A stretch of DNA of 24,000 bases. It comes from Euzebyales bacterium (GTDB lineage Bacteria > Actinomycetota > Nitriliruptoria > Euzebyales > Egibacteraceae). The stretch spans positions 74,476-98,475 of the forward strand of contig JBBSMR010000003.1 of assembly GCA_038233095.1 (NCBI GenBank), given 5' to 3'. A model generated the notes under the pieces. It saw only the letters and a program-made list of their open reading frames with translations, was not told the origin of the DNA and ran no database searches. Shown in pieces: positions 23,881 through 24,000 of this stretch; position 1 is the stretch's first letter; each line of letters begins with the position of its first letter. The translations under genes were made by a program, and so were the position numbers.

Positions 23881-24000
23881 GACAGGTGCTCCGGGGGACC
23901 GGGCATCACGACCGAGGCGTCCTGGAGCAGTCGGGTGACGGCGGCATCCCACGTGGGCAGCGCATGGCGAGCCTTGTAGTCCTGCAGCGCGTCGATCGTG
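23877..24000 (-). CDS. 3' end of an unidentified gene (5' part outside the window), first visible gene of the operon
   Basis: The minus-strand frame is open from the window edge to TGA 23877-23879. Translation: ...TIDALQDYKARHALPTWDAAVTRLLQDASVVMPGPPEHLS. Not in the track because there is no start in the window. The stop overlaps the next gene's ATG. Confidence 0.4.
   Translation of the reverse strand, partial: TIDALQDYKARHALPTWDAAVTRLLQDASVVMPGPPEHLS

Noticed and set aside
1-24000. Looked for tRNA/rRNA genes, transposases, integrases and long direct repeats that would mark a mobile element
   Set aside because: None recognised by eye. The decayed region at 7527-9303 has no identifiable flanking direct repeats, so no mobile element is called.

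Overview
Visibly GC-rich, densely coding segment that looks like an Actinomycetota chromosome (GC not computed; taxon is inference). Real genes show a strong G/C third-codon-position bias. Most long Arg/Pro/Gly-rich ORFs in the track are shadow frames. Modules: (1) 1-6313, a myo-inositol catabolism cluster: a partial Gfo/Idh/MocA gene, a class-I aldolase, iolC and iolE on the minus strand, then divergently iolB, a Gfo/Idh/MocA oxidoreductase and iolG. Two perfect 12-bp palindromes sit in the divergent promoter. (2) 6404-7526, a nitrobindin-like beta-barrel protein and a histidine phosphatase. (3) 7527-9303, a poorly coding, apparently decayed stretch: an orphan ORF, a 3x9-bp tandem repeat, an internally deleted PIN-toxin remnant, about 370 bp with no credible ORF, a possible small membrane ORF, and a triple 11-bp repeat able to form mutually exclusive hairpins. 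(4) 9304-13026, an ABC-2 exporter divergent from a membrane-embedded HisKA_3 kinase and LuxR-type response regulator, with a 15-bp inverted repeat between them. (5) 13075-13709 is vapBC; 13850-17502 is an Fe(III)-type ABC importer. (6) 17529-24000, a tightly coupled minus-strand [NiFe]-hydrogenase maturation operon: partial gene, 440-aa unknown, 37-aa micro-ORF missing from the track, 90-aa low-complexity ORF, hupD protease, hypA, hypC, hypC/hupF-like, hypD, hypE, DUF6390-like. The uncharacterised genes woven into this hyp operon are the best candidate for undescribed biology here. No rRNA, tRNA, CRISPR array, transposase or integrase was recognised.
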